DNA of 64,000 nt from Actinomycetota bacterium. GTDB taxonomy: Bacteria; Actinomycetota; UBA4738; JACQTL01. Location of the stretch: contig JBHELK010000101.1 of NCBI GenBank assembly GCA_046263085.1, positions 2,011-66,010 on the forward strand. The letters are read 5' to 3'. Under the pieces are notes generated by a model. That model saw nothing but the letters and a program-made list of their open reading frames with translations. It was not told the DNA's origin and made no database searches. Numbering within the stretch: the stretch's first letter is position 1; each line of letters begins with the position of its first letter. Position numbers and translations under genes: made by a program. Positions 44,991 to 54,059 of the stretch are shown here, one piece after another.

Positions 44991-47105
44991 CTAGGCGCTC
45001 GCCTGTTCGTCGGCCGCGGCGAGCAGGCGGGGGATCGCGCTCTCGTAAGCGTCGCGGGCCTCGGCCACCGTGGCCTCGAAGAGGGTGTCGAAGACCATGC
45101 GGGGGCCGCCGGTCTCCCCGAGCCGTGCGAAGGGGACATGGCGCGCCATCGCGAGCTCCTCGAGGCGCTCCGCGTTCTCCGGGGCCGCCGAGACCACCGC
45201 TCGCGACGCGGACTCGCTGAACAGCGCGACGTGCCAGGGCAGGTCGCCGGCGAGCGAGATCGCGAACCCGGTATCACCGGCGATGGCGGACTCCGCGAGG
45301 GTGACGGCGAGGCCGCCGTCGGAGCAGTCGTGCGCCGACTCCAGCAGATCCGCCGCGGCCACCTCGACGAGGAGCTCGAGCAGCGCCTTCTCGGCGTCGA
45401 GGTCGAGCGACGGCGGACGGCCGGAAACAGCGCCCAGCACGGCCTCCGCGAACTCAGACCCGCCGAGCTCGGCAAAAGTTTCACCGAGCAGATAGATCAC
45501 GTCGCCGGGCCGGCGGAACCCGATCCCAACGAGCAGCCGGTAGTCCTCGATGAGACCCAGCATCCCGATGACCGGCGTGGGCCAGATCGCGGACTCGCCG
45601 GACTCGTTGTAGAAGCTGACGTTGCCGCCGGTGACGGGCGTGGCCAGCGCGCGGCACGCGTCGCCCATGCCCCGCACCGCCTCCGCGAACTGCCACATCA
45701 CCTCGGGGCGCTCGGGGTTGCCGAAGTTCAGGCAGTTCGTGACGGCGAGCGGCCGCGCCCCGGTGGCCGCCACGTTGCGGGCGGCCTCGGCCACCGAGTG
45801 CGCCGCCCCGAGATAGGGGTCGAGCACGCCGTAGCGGCCTTTCCCGTCGCTCGACAGCGCCATGGCCTTCAACGTCCCCTCGATGCGGACCACCGCGGCG
45901 TCGCCTCCGGGGCCGGCAACGCTCTGTCCGCCGACGAGCTGGTCGTACTGCTCGTACGCCCACCGCTTGCTCGAAACGTTCGGGGATCCCAGGACCCGGA
46001 AGAACGCATCGGTGGGTGACGAGGTGACCGTCGCGAACGTCGGATCGTCCTCCACGATGTCCGTGACGGTCGGCGGCGGCTGCATGGGCCGGCGGTACGT
46101 GGGTCCCTCGTCGGCGAGCGAGCGCGCCGGCACCTCGGCCACGACCTCGCCATCCGCCTTGACCCGCATCCCGCCACCGGGCACAACCGTGCCGATCACG
46201 GCCGCCTGCAGCAGCCATCGCTCGCAGAGTGCGCGGACCTCCTCCAGCTTCTCGGGGCGCACGATGGCGAGCATCCGTTCCTGCGACTCCGAGGTGAGGA
46301 CCTCGAAGGGCTCCATCCCCTGCTGGCGCAGCGGCACGGCGTCGAGATCGAGCTCTACCCCCACGCCCGCCCGGCTCGCCGACTCGCTCACGGCGCACAC
46401 GAGCCCCGCTCCACCCAGGTCCTGGAGGCCGTCCAGCAGCTCGCGGTCGACGAGCTCGAGGCACCCCTCGATGAGCAGCTTCTCCTCGAAGGGGTCCCCG
46501 ATCTGCACCGACGGCCTGGACTCCTCCGCCCCCTCCTCGATGGTCCGCGAGGCCAGCACCGAGACGCCGCCGATGCCGTCGCGGCCGGTGCGCGACCCGA
46601 TCAACACGAGCAGGTTGCCCTCGCCCTCGGCCCGGCTGCGCATCAGCTTGTCGGCCGCCGTCAGGCCGACGCACATCACGTTCACCGTGGGGTTCGCCGT
46701 GTGGCATTCGGCGAACGCGATCTCACCGCCGACCGTCGGCACGCCGATGCAGTTGCCGTAGCCGCCGATGCCGGCGACGACGCCCTCGAACAGCCAGCGA
46801 TTGCGCGCGTCGGTGAGGGGGCCGAACCGGAGCGGATCGAGCAGGGCCACCGGCCGCGCCCCCATCGACAGGATGTCGCGGACGATCCCTCCCACGCCCG
46901 TCGCCGCACCCTGGTACGGCTCGATCGCGCTGGGATGCGAGTGGGACTCGATCTTGAACACGGCGGCCACGCCGTCGCCGAGGTCGACGACGCCGGCGTC
47001 CTCCCCCGGGCCGACGAGCACCGCATCGCCCTCGGTGGGCAGCGTCTTGAGGTGCACCTTGCTCGATTTGTACGAGCAGTGCTCCGACCACATGGCGGCG
47101 TACAT
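44991..47105 (-). CDS. purL: phosphoribosylformylglycinamidine synthase II (large subunit)
   Basis: AMWSEHCSYKSSK, PGEDAGVVD, two PurM-like repeats. The true 5' end lies upstream of the first ATG at 47105 (see findings). Confidence 0.9.
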   Translation of the reverse strand: MYAAMWSEHCSYKSSKVHLKTLPTEGDAVLVGPGEDAGVVDLGDGVAAVFKIESHSHPSAIEPYQGAATGVGGIVRDILSMGARPVALLDPLRFGPLTDARNRWLFEGVVAGIGGYGNCIGVPTVGGEIAFAECHTANPTVNVMCVGLTAADKLMRSRAEGEGNLLVLIGSRTGRDGIGGVSVLASRTIEEGAEESRPSVQIGDPFEEKLLIEGCLELVDRELLDGLQDLGGAGLVCAVSESASRAGVGVELDLDAVPLRQQGMEPFEVLTSESQERMLAIVRPEKLEEVRALCERWLLQAAVIGTVVPGGGMRVKADGEVVAEVPARSLADEGPTYRRPMQPPPTVTDIVEDDPTFATVTSSPTDAFFRVLGSPNVSSKRWAYEQYDQLVGGQSVAGPGGDAAVVRIEGTLKAMALSSDGKGRYGVLDPYLGAAHSVAEAARNVAATGARPLAVTNCLNFGNPERPEVMWQFAEAVRGMGDACRALATPVTGGNVSFYNESGESAIWPTPVIGMLGLIEDYRLLVGIGFRRPGDVIYLLGETFAELGGSEFAEAVLGAVSGRPPSLDLDAEKALLELLVEVAAADLLESAHDCSDGGLAVTLAESAIAGDTGFAISLAGDLPWHVALFSESASRAVVSAAPENAERLEELAMARHVPFARLGETGGPRMVFDTLFEATVAEARDAYESAIPRLLAAADEQASA

Positions 47106-47205
47106 CGCGAGCTCGGTCCGGTTGGGGTCGCGCCCGAGCGTGTCGCGGATCTGCTGCAGCTCGTCGTCCGTGAGACCGAGCGCCGGTGCAGCGGCTCGTC
47201 CGCGC

Positions 47206-47910
47206 TCACGCGGAAGCGGGCTGCAGCGCGTGCGCCAGCAGGGATCCGAACAGCGGCTGGCCCCCGATGGGGCCGACGTCTGGGTCGACCGCGTGCTCGG
47301 GGTGCGGCATGAGCCCCACCACGTTGCCGCGGTCGTTGCGCAGCCCGGCGATGGCGTCGGTCGCCCCGTTGGGATTGAAGCGCTCGTCGAGCTCCCCGTG
47401 CGGGCCGCAGTACCGGAAGAGGACCAGCCCGTCGTTCTCGATGCGGCGCAGCTCGTCCGGCGTGGCCACGAACTGGCCCTCGCCGTGCTTCACCGGGATC
47501 TCCAGGACGTCCCCGACGGTGCACGTCGTGGTGAGCACCGACGAGCTCGTCTCCACCCGCACCCGGATCGACCGGCAGACGAACCGCAGCGATCGGTTCC
47601 GGATGAGCGCGCCGGGGAGCAGGCCGGCCTCGCACAGGATCTGGAACCCGTTGCAGACGCCGACCACCGGGCCTCCGGCGTCGGCGAACGCGCGGACGGC
47701 GTCCATGACCCGGGCGAAACGAGCGATGGCGCCGGCGCGCAGGTAGTCGCCGTAGGAGAACCCTCCGGGCAGGATCACCGCGTCCACGCCGTGCAGATCG
47801 GGGTCCCCGTGCCAGATCGAAACAGCCTCCCCGCCCATGTACTCGACCGCCCGCAGGGCGTCGCGATCGTCGAGCGAGCCGGGGAAGGTGATCACGCCGA
47901 CCCTGGTCAT
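47206..47910 (-). CDS. purQ: phosphoribosylformylglycinamidine synthase I (glutaminase subunit)
   Basis: Class I glutamine amidotransferase with catalytic Cys (GVCNGFQ) and His (PHPEH). Confidence 0.9.
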   Translation of the reverse strand: MTRVGVITFPGSLDDRDALRAVEYMGGEAVSIWHGDPDLHGVDAVILPGGFSYGDYLRAGAIARFARVMDAVRAFADAGGPVVGVCNGFQILCEAGLLPGALIRNRSLRFVCRSIRVRVETSSSVLTTTCTVGDVLEIPVKHGEGQFVATPDELRRIENDGLVLFRYCGPHGELDERFNPNGATDAIAGLRNDRGNVVGLMPHPEHAVDPDVGPIGGQPLFGSLLAHALQPASA

Positions 47911-48164
47911 GGCACCGCCTCGACCGTCAGGACCGCGTAGTCCTCGATCACGGGATTCGACAGGAGCCTCTGCGCCATCTCCTCGACCTGGGCGCGCGCC
48001 GACCGCTCGTCGGGCGCGTCGATCGTGAGCCGCACGTGCTTGCCCACCCGCACATCGGTCACGTTGGTCCAGCCCATCGTGGGAAGCGAGCCGAGCACGG
48101 CCTTGCCCTGGGGATCGAGGAGCCCATCCTTCAACGAGACGATGACCTCGAACCGGAAGCTCAG
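47907..48164 (-). CDS. purS: phosphoribosylformylglycinamidine synthase PurS subunit
   Basis: SFRFEVIVSLKDGLLDPQGKAV... 85 aa. Only a CTG lies in frame at the purC stop overlap (cTGAgc). Start uncertain. Confidence 0.7.
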   Translation of the reverse strand: MSFRFEVIVSLKDGLLDPQGKAVLGSLPTMGWTNVTDVRVGKHVRLTIDAPDERSARAQVEEMAQRLLSNPVIEDYAVLTVEAVP

Positions 48165-49054
48165 CTCTCGACCCCCATGCGCTGCAGGTACTCCGCGAAC
48201 GGCTCGCCGGTCAGCCGCTCGTACGCCTCGCGGTACCGGGCCAGGGTGTGCTCCACCACGTCCGGGGGAAGGTCGGGCGCGGGCGGCTCGTGATCCCAGC
48301 CGCTCTCGTCCAGCCAGTCTCGCACGTACTGCTTGTCGAACGAGGGCTGCGCGCCGCCCGGCGCGTACTCGTCGGCCGGCCAGAACCTGGACGAGTCGGG
48401 CGTCATGACCTCGTCGATGAGGATGAGCTCGCCGTCGGCGAAGCCGAACTCGAACTTCGTGTCGGCGAGGATGATGCCGCGCTCGCGCGCCACCTCCGCC
48501 CCGCGCTCGTAGATCGTGAGCGTGAGCTCCTCGAGCTTGCGCGCCAGCCCCTCGCCCACGAGCTCCCCGGCCTGCTCGATCGTGATGTTCTCGTCGTGGC
48601 CCTCGGTGGCCTTCGTGGACGGCGTGAAGATCGGCTCCGGCAGCCGATCGGACTCCTGCAGGCCGCCGGGCAGCTCGATCCCACACACGGTTCCGCTGCG
48701 CGTGTACTCCTTCCAGCCGCTTCCGGAGAGGTATCCGCGGGCCACGCATTCGACCATCACGACGTCGGCCCTCTTCACGAGCATGGCCCGGCCGGCGAGC
48801 TCCGGCTCGCGGAAGGCCTCGGGGAAATCGCGATAGTCCGCGGTGATCAGATGGTTGGCGACGAGGTCCTTCGTCTGCTCCAGCCAGAACAGCGTGAGCC
48901 CGGTGAGGACACGTCCCTTGTCGGGGATCGGCGTGGGGATGACCACGTCGAACGCCGAGATGCGGTCGCTGGCCACGAGGACCAGCGAGTCCGGCCCGGC
49001 CTCGTAGATGTCGCGAACCTTGCCGCGCGCGTGGAGCTCTGCCGTCACGCTCAC
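48161..49054 (-). CDS. purC: phosphoribosylaminoimidazole-succinocarboxamide synthase
   Basis: SAICAR synthetase motifs (GKVRDIY, LILIDEVMTPDSSRFW). GTG start at 49054 overlaps the purB stop; the 349-aa ORF N-terminus is junk. Confidence 0.9.
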   Translation of the reverse strand: MSVTAELHARGKVRDIYEAGPDSLVLVASDRISAFDVVIPTPIPDKGRVLTGLTLFWLEQTKDLVANHLITADYRDFPEAFREPELAGRAMLVKRADVVMVECVARGYLSGSGWKEYTRSGTVCGIELPGGLQESDRLPEPIFTPSTKATEGHDENITIEQAGELVGEGLARKLEELTLTIYERGAEVARERGIILADTKFEFGFADGELILIDEVMTPDSSRFWPADEYAPGGAQPSFDKQYVRDWLDESGWDHEPPAPDLPPDVVEHTLARYREAYERLTGEPFAEYLQRMGVES

Positions 49055-50355
49055 TGCGATACCACCTCCAGCTTCTCCAGGCGGTCGAAGACCTGGTCGA
49101 GATGAGCGAGGTGGGAAGTGGGATCGAACAACTCGTCGAGCAGCTCGGGCGAGAGTCCCGGGCCGACGACGGTTGCGATCTCCTCGCGGAACGGTCGGTT
49201 CTCGTCCCATGCCGCAGCTGCGGCCCGCTGGACGATGCGGTAGGCATCCTCACGGCTCATACCGGTGTCGATCAGCGCCAGCAGGACGCCCTGGGAGAAC
49301 GCCAGGCCCCCGCCGTGGTCGAGGTTCTCGCGCATCCGTTCGGGGAACACGCGAAGCCCCTCCACCACCCCGGTGAACAGGTGCAGCATGTAGTCGAGCG
49401 CGATCGTCGAATCGGGCAGGATCACACGCTCCGCGGACGAGTGCGAGATGTCGCGCTCGTGCCACAGCGCCACGTTCTCCAGCGCGGCCTGCAGGTTGCC
49501 GCGCACCACACGGGCCAGACCGCAGACCCGCTCGCAGATCACCGGGTTGCGCTTGTGCGGCATGGCGCTCGAGCCCTTCTGTCCCTCGGCGAACGGCTCC
49601 TCGACCTCCCTGACCTCCGTGCGCGCCAGGTGGCGGATCTCCAGCGCGAACTTGTCGAGCGATGAGGCCGTGATGGCGAGCGCCGACACGAGCTCCGCAT
49701 GGCGGTCGCGCTGCAGGATCTGCGAGGACGCCTCCGCCGGTCGCAGCCCAAGCTTGCCGCACACGTACTCCTCGACCCGCGGGTCGACCTTGGAGTACGT
49801 GCCGACGACGCCGCTGATCTTCCCCACGGCGATGACCTCGCGGGCGCGCCGGAGGCGATCGCGATCGCGGTCCAGCTCGAACGCCCAGAGGGCGAGCTTG
49901 TGGCCGAACGTGGTGGGCTCGGCGTGCACCCCGTGCGTCCTTCCCATCATCACCGTGTCCCGGTGTTCGAACGCCCCGGTGCGCACGACCGCGAGCAGCC
50001 GCTCCACCTTGTCCAGCAGGAGGTCGGCCGAGGTCCGCAGCTGGAGCGCCAGCGCGGTGTCCAGCAGGTCGGACGACGTCATCCCGAAGTGGATCCAACG
50101 GCCGGGCTCCCCCACCGACTCCCCCACCACCTGCACGAAGGCCGCGACATCGTGCTGGGTCGTGCGCTCGATCTCGAGCACGCGATCCACGGTGAACGAG
50201 GCCAGCTCCCTGATGGCGTCGAGATCCGCCGGAGGGATGCGCCCGAGCTCGGCCCACGCCTCGCACGCCAGGACCTCGATCCGGAGCCAGTGCGAGAGCT
50301 TCGCTTCGTCGGACCACACCGCCGACATCTCCGGCAGCGAGTACCGGGGAATCAC
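49051..50355 (-). CDS. purB: adenylosuccinate lyase
   Basis: 434 aa, fumarate lyase signature GSSAMPHKRNP. Confidence 0.9.
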   Translation of the reverse strand: MIPRYSLPEMSAVWSDEAKLSHWLRIEVLACEAWAELGRIPPADLDAIRELASFTVDRVLEIERTTQHDVAAFVQVVGESVGEPGRWIHFGMTSSDLLDTALALQLRTSADLLLDKVERLLAVVRTGAFEHRDTVMMGRTHGVHAEPTTFGHKLALWAFELDRDRDRLRRAREVIAVGKISGVVGTYSKVDPRVEEYVCGKLGLRPAEASSQILQRDRHAELVSALAITASSLDKFALEIRHLARTEVREVEEPFAEGQKGSSAMPHKRNPVICERVCGLARVVRGNLQAALENVALWHERDISHSSAERVILPDSTIALDYMLHLFTGVVEGLRVFPERMRENLDHGGGLAFSQGVLLALIDTGMSREDAYRIVQRAAAAAWDENRPFREEIATVVGPGLSPELLDELFDPTSHLAHLDQVFDRLEKLEVVSQ

Positions 50356-50828
50356 AGCTTCAGGCCCTCGGAGAGGGACTCCTTGAACTCCCGGAGGCGC
50401 TTGCGGAGGTCCTCGTCGGTGCTGGCGATGATCTGGGCGGCGAGGATGGCCGCGTTCACGGCACCGTCGATGGCCACCGTGGCCACGGGCACCCCGCGGG
50501 GCATCTGCACGGTCGAGTAGAGCGCGTCGGCGCCGCCCACGTACTTCGTGCCGACCGGAACGCCGATGACCGGCAGGATGGTTCGCGCGGCGACGGCCCC
50601 GGCGAGGTGGGCGGCCATGCCCGCCCCGCAGATCACCACGCGGATCCCCCGCTCGTCGGCCATGCGCGTGTAGGCGTCGACGGCGTCGGGGTTGCGGTGG
50701 GCCGACATCACCTGCAGCTCGTGCGGGATGCCGAAGCGCTCCAGGATGGCGGTGGCCTGCTCCATCACCGGAAGGTCGGACGCGGATCCCACCAGGATCC
50801 CGACGAGCGGCCTCTGCGTCTCAGCCAA
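50352..50828 (-). CDS. purE: N5-carboxyaminoimidazole ribonucleotide mutase
   Basis: 158 aa, GSASDLP and AGMAAHLAG motifs. Confidence 0.9.
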   Translation of the reverse strand: MAETQRPLVGILVGSASDLPVMEQATAILERFGIPHELQVMSAHRNPDAVDAYTRMADERGIRVVICGAGMAAHLAGAVAARTILPVIGVPVGTKYVGGADALYSTVQMPRGVPVATVAIDGAVNAAILAAQIIASTDEDLRKRLREFKESLSEGLKL

Positions 50829-52086
50829 TTTCCGCTCCGATGTCCTTTCGATAGTGCATGCCCCGGAAGGAGATCGCGGATGCGGCCTCGTAGGCCCGCT
50901 TCCTCGCCTCGGGGAGCGACGACCCCAACGCGCTGACCGCGAGCACCCTTCCCCCTGCCGTCACCACTCTACCGTTCCGGAGCGCCGTCCCGGCGTGGAA
51001 CACGAAGGCGTCGTCGTGGGCCGCGGCCTCGTCGAGGCCCTCGATGGGGAACCCGGTCTCGTGCTCACCCGGGTAGCCGCCGGATGCCAGCACCACGGTC
51101 ACGCAGGCCTCCTCCCGCCAGCGGACCCCGTAGTTGGAGAGGTTCCCCTCGACCGTCGCCAGCAGGAGCTCCCCGAGATCGGAGCCGAGCCGGGGCAGGA
51201 TGGCCTGGGTCTCCGGGTCGCCGAGGCGGCAGTTGAACTCGAGCACCTTCGGGCCGTCGGGGGTCACCATGAGGCCGGCGTACAGCACGCCGCGATACCG
51301 GACCCCCTCGTCCGCCATGGCCCCCACCGTCGGCTCGAGCACGTCGCGCACGATCGCATCGCGCAGGCCGTCGTCGATGAACGGCACGGGCGAGTACGCG
51401 CCCATCCCGCCCGTGTTCGGCCCGGTGTCGCCGTCACCGGCGCGCTTGTAGTCCTGCGCGAGCGCCATGGGCAAGACCGTGCGGCCGTCGGTGATGGCGA
51501 TGGCCGACACCTCGCGGCCCTCGAGAAACTCCTCGACCAGCACCCGGGTTCCGGCCTCGCCGAAGGCGCGGTCGACCAGGCTCGCCCGCAGGGCCCGCTC
51601 GGCCGTGTCGAGATCCTCGGCCACGGTGACGCCCTTGCCGGCCGCGAGGCCGTCGGCCTTGATGACGTAGGGGGGCTTCAGCGCATCGAGATACGCGCGG
51701 GCGGGCTCGTATGCCGTGAACGACTCCGAGACCGGCGCCGGGATGCCGGCGCGCACGCAGAGCTGCTTGGCCCACGCCTTCGACCCCTCGATCAGCGCCG
51801 CGGCCCGGTCCGGACCGAACACCCGCAGGCCCCGCATCGACATCTCGTCGACGAGCCCGGCGACGAGTGGCGCCTCCGGCCCGACGACGGTGAGGTCGAT
51901 CGACTCACGCTCGGCGAAGTCGGCAACGCCCTGCACGTCCGCGGCAGCGATGGGCTCGCAGGTGGCCAGCTCGGCGATGCCCGCGTTCCCAGGCGCGGCG
52001 AAGAGCTTCTCGACCGTGGGGTTGTCGGCGAGCTTCGAGGCGATCGCGTGCTCGCGCCCGCCCTGGCCCACGATCAGCACGCGCAC
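50821..52086 (-). CDS. purD: phosphoribosylamine-glycine ligase
   Basis: MRVLIVGQGGREHA N-terminus, ATP-grasp. Confidence 0.9.
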   Translation of the reverse strand: MRVLIVGQGGREHAIASKLADNPTVEKLFAAPGNAGIAELATCEPIAAADVQGVADFAERESIDLTVVGPEAPLVAGLVDEMSMRGLRVFGPDRAAALIEGSKAWAKQLCVRAGIPAPVSESFTAYEPARAYLDALKPPYVIKADGLAAGKGVTVAEDLDTAERALRASLVDRAFGEAGTRVLVEEFLEGREVSAIAITDGRTVLPMALAQDYKRAGDGDTGPNTGGMGAYSPVPFIDDGLRDAIVRDVLEPTVGAMADEGVRYRGVLYAGLMVTPDGPKVLEFNCRLGDPETQAILPRLGSDLGELLLATVEGNLSNYGVRWREEACVTVVLASGGYPGEHETGFPIEGLDEAAAHDDAFVFHAGTALRNGRVVTAGGRVLAVSALGSSLPEARKRAYEAASAISFRGMHYRKDIGAEIG

Positions 52087-53361
52087 CTAGGCCACCCTCA
52101 GGCTCTGCTCGCGGGCCGGGCCCACCGAGACCAGGGCCACGGGCACCCCGGCCAGCTCGGCGATGCGCTCCACGTAGGTCCGGGCGGCCGCGGGCAGCTC
52201 GGCGAACGACGTCACGTCGGACAGGTCCTCCTGCCACCCCTCGAGCTCCTCCCAGACGGGCTCGGCCCGGTGGAAGATCGACTGGTGGGGCGGGAAGTCG
52301 TCGAAGGTGTCGGCGCCGTCCCGGTACGCCACGCACACCCGGATCGGCGAGAGCCCGGACAGCACGTCGAGCTTCGTCAGGAACACCTCGGTGAAGCCGT
52401 TCACGCGCGCCGCGTACCGCAGCAGCACCGCGTCGAACCACCCGCACCGCCTGGGACGGCCGGTGGTGGTGCCGTACTCGTTGCCGCGGGTGAAGAGGTG
52501 CTCGCCCACCTCACCCGTGTCCTCCGTGGGGAAGGGGCCCGCGCCGACGCGGGTGACGTAGGCCTTCGTGATGCCGATGACCGTGTCCACCTCGCGCGGC
52601 CCGAGGCCGGAGCCGGTGAGCGCGCCGCCCGCCACGGGGTTCGACGAGGTGACGAACGGATACGTGCCGTGATCCAGGTCGAGGAGCGTTCCCTGTGCCC
52701 CCTCGAGCAGCGCCCGCTTGCCCTCGCGCATCGCGTCGTGCAGGAGCTTCGCGGTGTCGGCCACGTGCTTCCCGAGCCGGTCTCGGTGTCCCATGAAGTC
52801 CTGGACGATCTGCTCGGGCTGCAGCGGCAGCCGGTTGTAGAGCTTGGTGAGGATGAGGTTCTTCTCCTTCAGCACGACGTCGAGCTTCTCGCGGAAGATC
52901 TTCTCGTCGAACAGGTCCTGCACGCGCAGGCCGATGCGGGCCGCCTTGTCCGCGTACGCGGGCCCGATCCCCCGTTTCGTGGTCCCCAGGGCGTACTTGC
53001 CGAGGAACCGCTGCGTCACCTTCTCCAGCTCGAGGTGGTACGGCATGATGAGGTGCGCGTTGCCGGAGATGAGCAGCCGCGATGTGTCGATGCCCTGCGC
53101 GTCGAGGGCGTCCATCTCCTCGATCAGGACGCCGAGGTCGATGACCACGCCGTCCCCGATCATCGACGTGACGTGGTCGTAGAGGATGCCCGAGGGGATC
53201 AGGTGGAGCTTGAGGAGCCGCCCCCCGGCGACCACCGTGTGCCCGGCGTTGTTGCCGCCCTGGTAGCGGACGCAGAAATCCATCCGGTCCGCCAGGTAGT
53301 CGGTGGCCTTGCCCTTCCCCTCGTCACCCCACTGCGCTCCGACGACGATCGTGACCGGCAC
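52087..53361 (-). CDS. purA: adenylosuccinate synthetase
   Basis: VVGAQWGDEGKGK P-loop, GNNAGHT, GTTKRGIGP. GTG start near 53361; the ATG at 53412 would give an unusually long N-terminus. Confidence 0.9.
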   Translation of the reverse strand: MPVTIVVGAQWGDEGKGKATDYLADRMDFCVRYQGGNNAGHTVVAGGRLLKLHLIPSGILYDHVTSMIGDGVVIDLGVLIEEMDALDAQGIDTSRLLISGNAHLIMPYHLELEKVTQRFLGKYALGTTKRGIGPAYADKAARIGLRVQDLFDEKIFREKLDVVLKEKNLILTKLYNRLPLQPEQIVQDFMGHRDRLGKHVADTAKLLHDAMREGKRALLEGAQGTLLDLDHGTYPFVTSSNPVAGGALTGSGLGPREVDTVIGITKAYVTRVGAGPFPTEDTGEVGEHLFTRGNEYGTTTGRPRRCGWFDAVLLRYAARVNGFTEVFLTKLDVLSGLSPIRVCVAYRDGADTFDDFPPHQSIFHRAEPVWEELEGWQEDLSDVTSFAELPAAARTYVERIAELAGVPVALVSVGPAREQSLRVA

Positions 53362-53399
53362 GGGCCTGATTCTATGGGCCGGGCAGCTACCATCTGTGC

Positions 53400-54050
53400 A
53401 TGGCGGATCCACCCTCGGCCCGCACCCAGGTCAAGCGCCTGCCCGAGCGCGGCGTCTACGACCGCGCCGCGATCGACGCCATCCTGGACGAGGCGCTCTT
53501 CTGCCACCTGGCCTGGATCCAGGACGGGTCGCCGCGAGTGATCCCCACGATCCACGCCCGGGCCGGCGACGAGCTGTACGTGCACGGCTCGCAGGCCAGC
53601 CGCACGCTCCGAGGCGCGCGCGACGGGGCCGAGATCTGCGTGGTCGTCACGCTGCTCGACGGCCTGGTGCTGGCCCGCTCGGCCTTCCACCACTCCATGA
53701 ACTATCGGTCGGTGGTGGTCTACGGGCGCGGCCGCGAGATCACGGATCCCGACGAGAAGTGGCAGGCACAGCGAGCCGTCGTCGAACACGTCGTCCCCGG
53801 CCGGTCGGCCGACGTCCGCATGCCGAACGAGAACGAGCTTCGCCAGACCATGATCCTCTCGCTGCCGCTCGACGAGGCCTCCGCGAAGGTGCGCGCGGGT
53901 CCCCCGAAGGACGACGAAGAGGACTACGACCTGCCGATCTGGGCCGGCGTGCTCCCGATGACGATGCAGCCGGGCGAGCTGATGGCGGACCCGAGGCTGC
54001 CTGAGGACCTCGAGCCTCCTGCGAACGTCGCGCGGTACCGAAGGTTCTGA
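53400..54050 (+). CDS. pyridoxamine 5'-phosphate oxidase-like FMN-binding (split-barrel) family protein
   Basis: DRAAIDAILDEALFCHLAWIQDGSPRVIPT matches the PNPOx-like split-barrel family. Confidence 0.6.
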   Translation: MADPPSARTQVKRLPERGVYDRAAIDAILDEALFCHLAWIQDGSPRVIPTIHARAGDELYVHGSQASRTLRGARDGAEICVVVTLLDGLVLARSAFHHSMNYRSVVVYGRGREITDPDEKWQAQRAVVEHVVPGRSADVRMPNENELRQTMILSLPLDEASAKVRAGPPKDDEEDYDLPIWAGVLPMTMQPGELMADPRLPEDLEPPANVARYRRF

Positions 54051-54059
54051 CCGGCCGGG

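Noticed and set aside
50692-53541. 949-aa plus-strand ORF
   Set aside because: Antisense to purE/purD/purA, all strongly supported.
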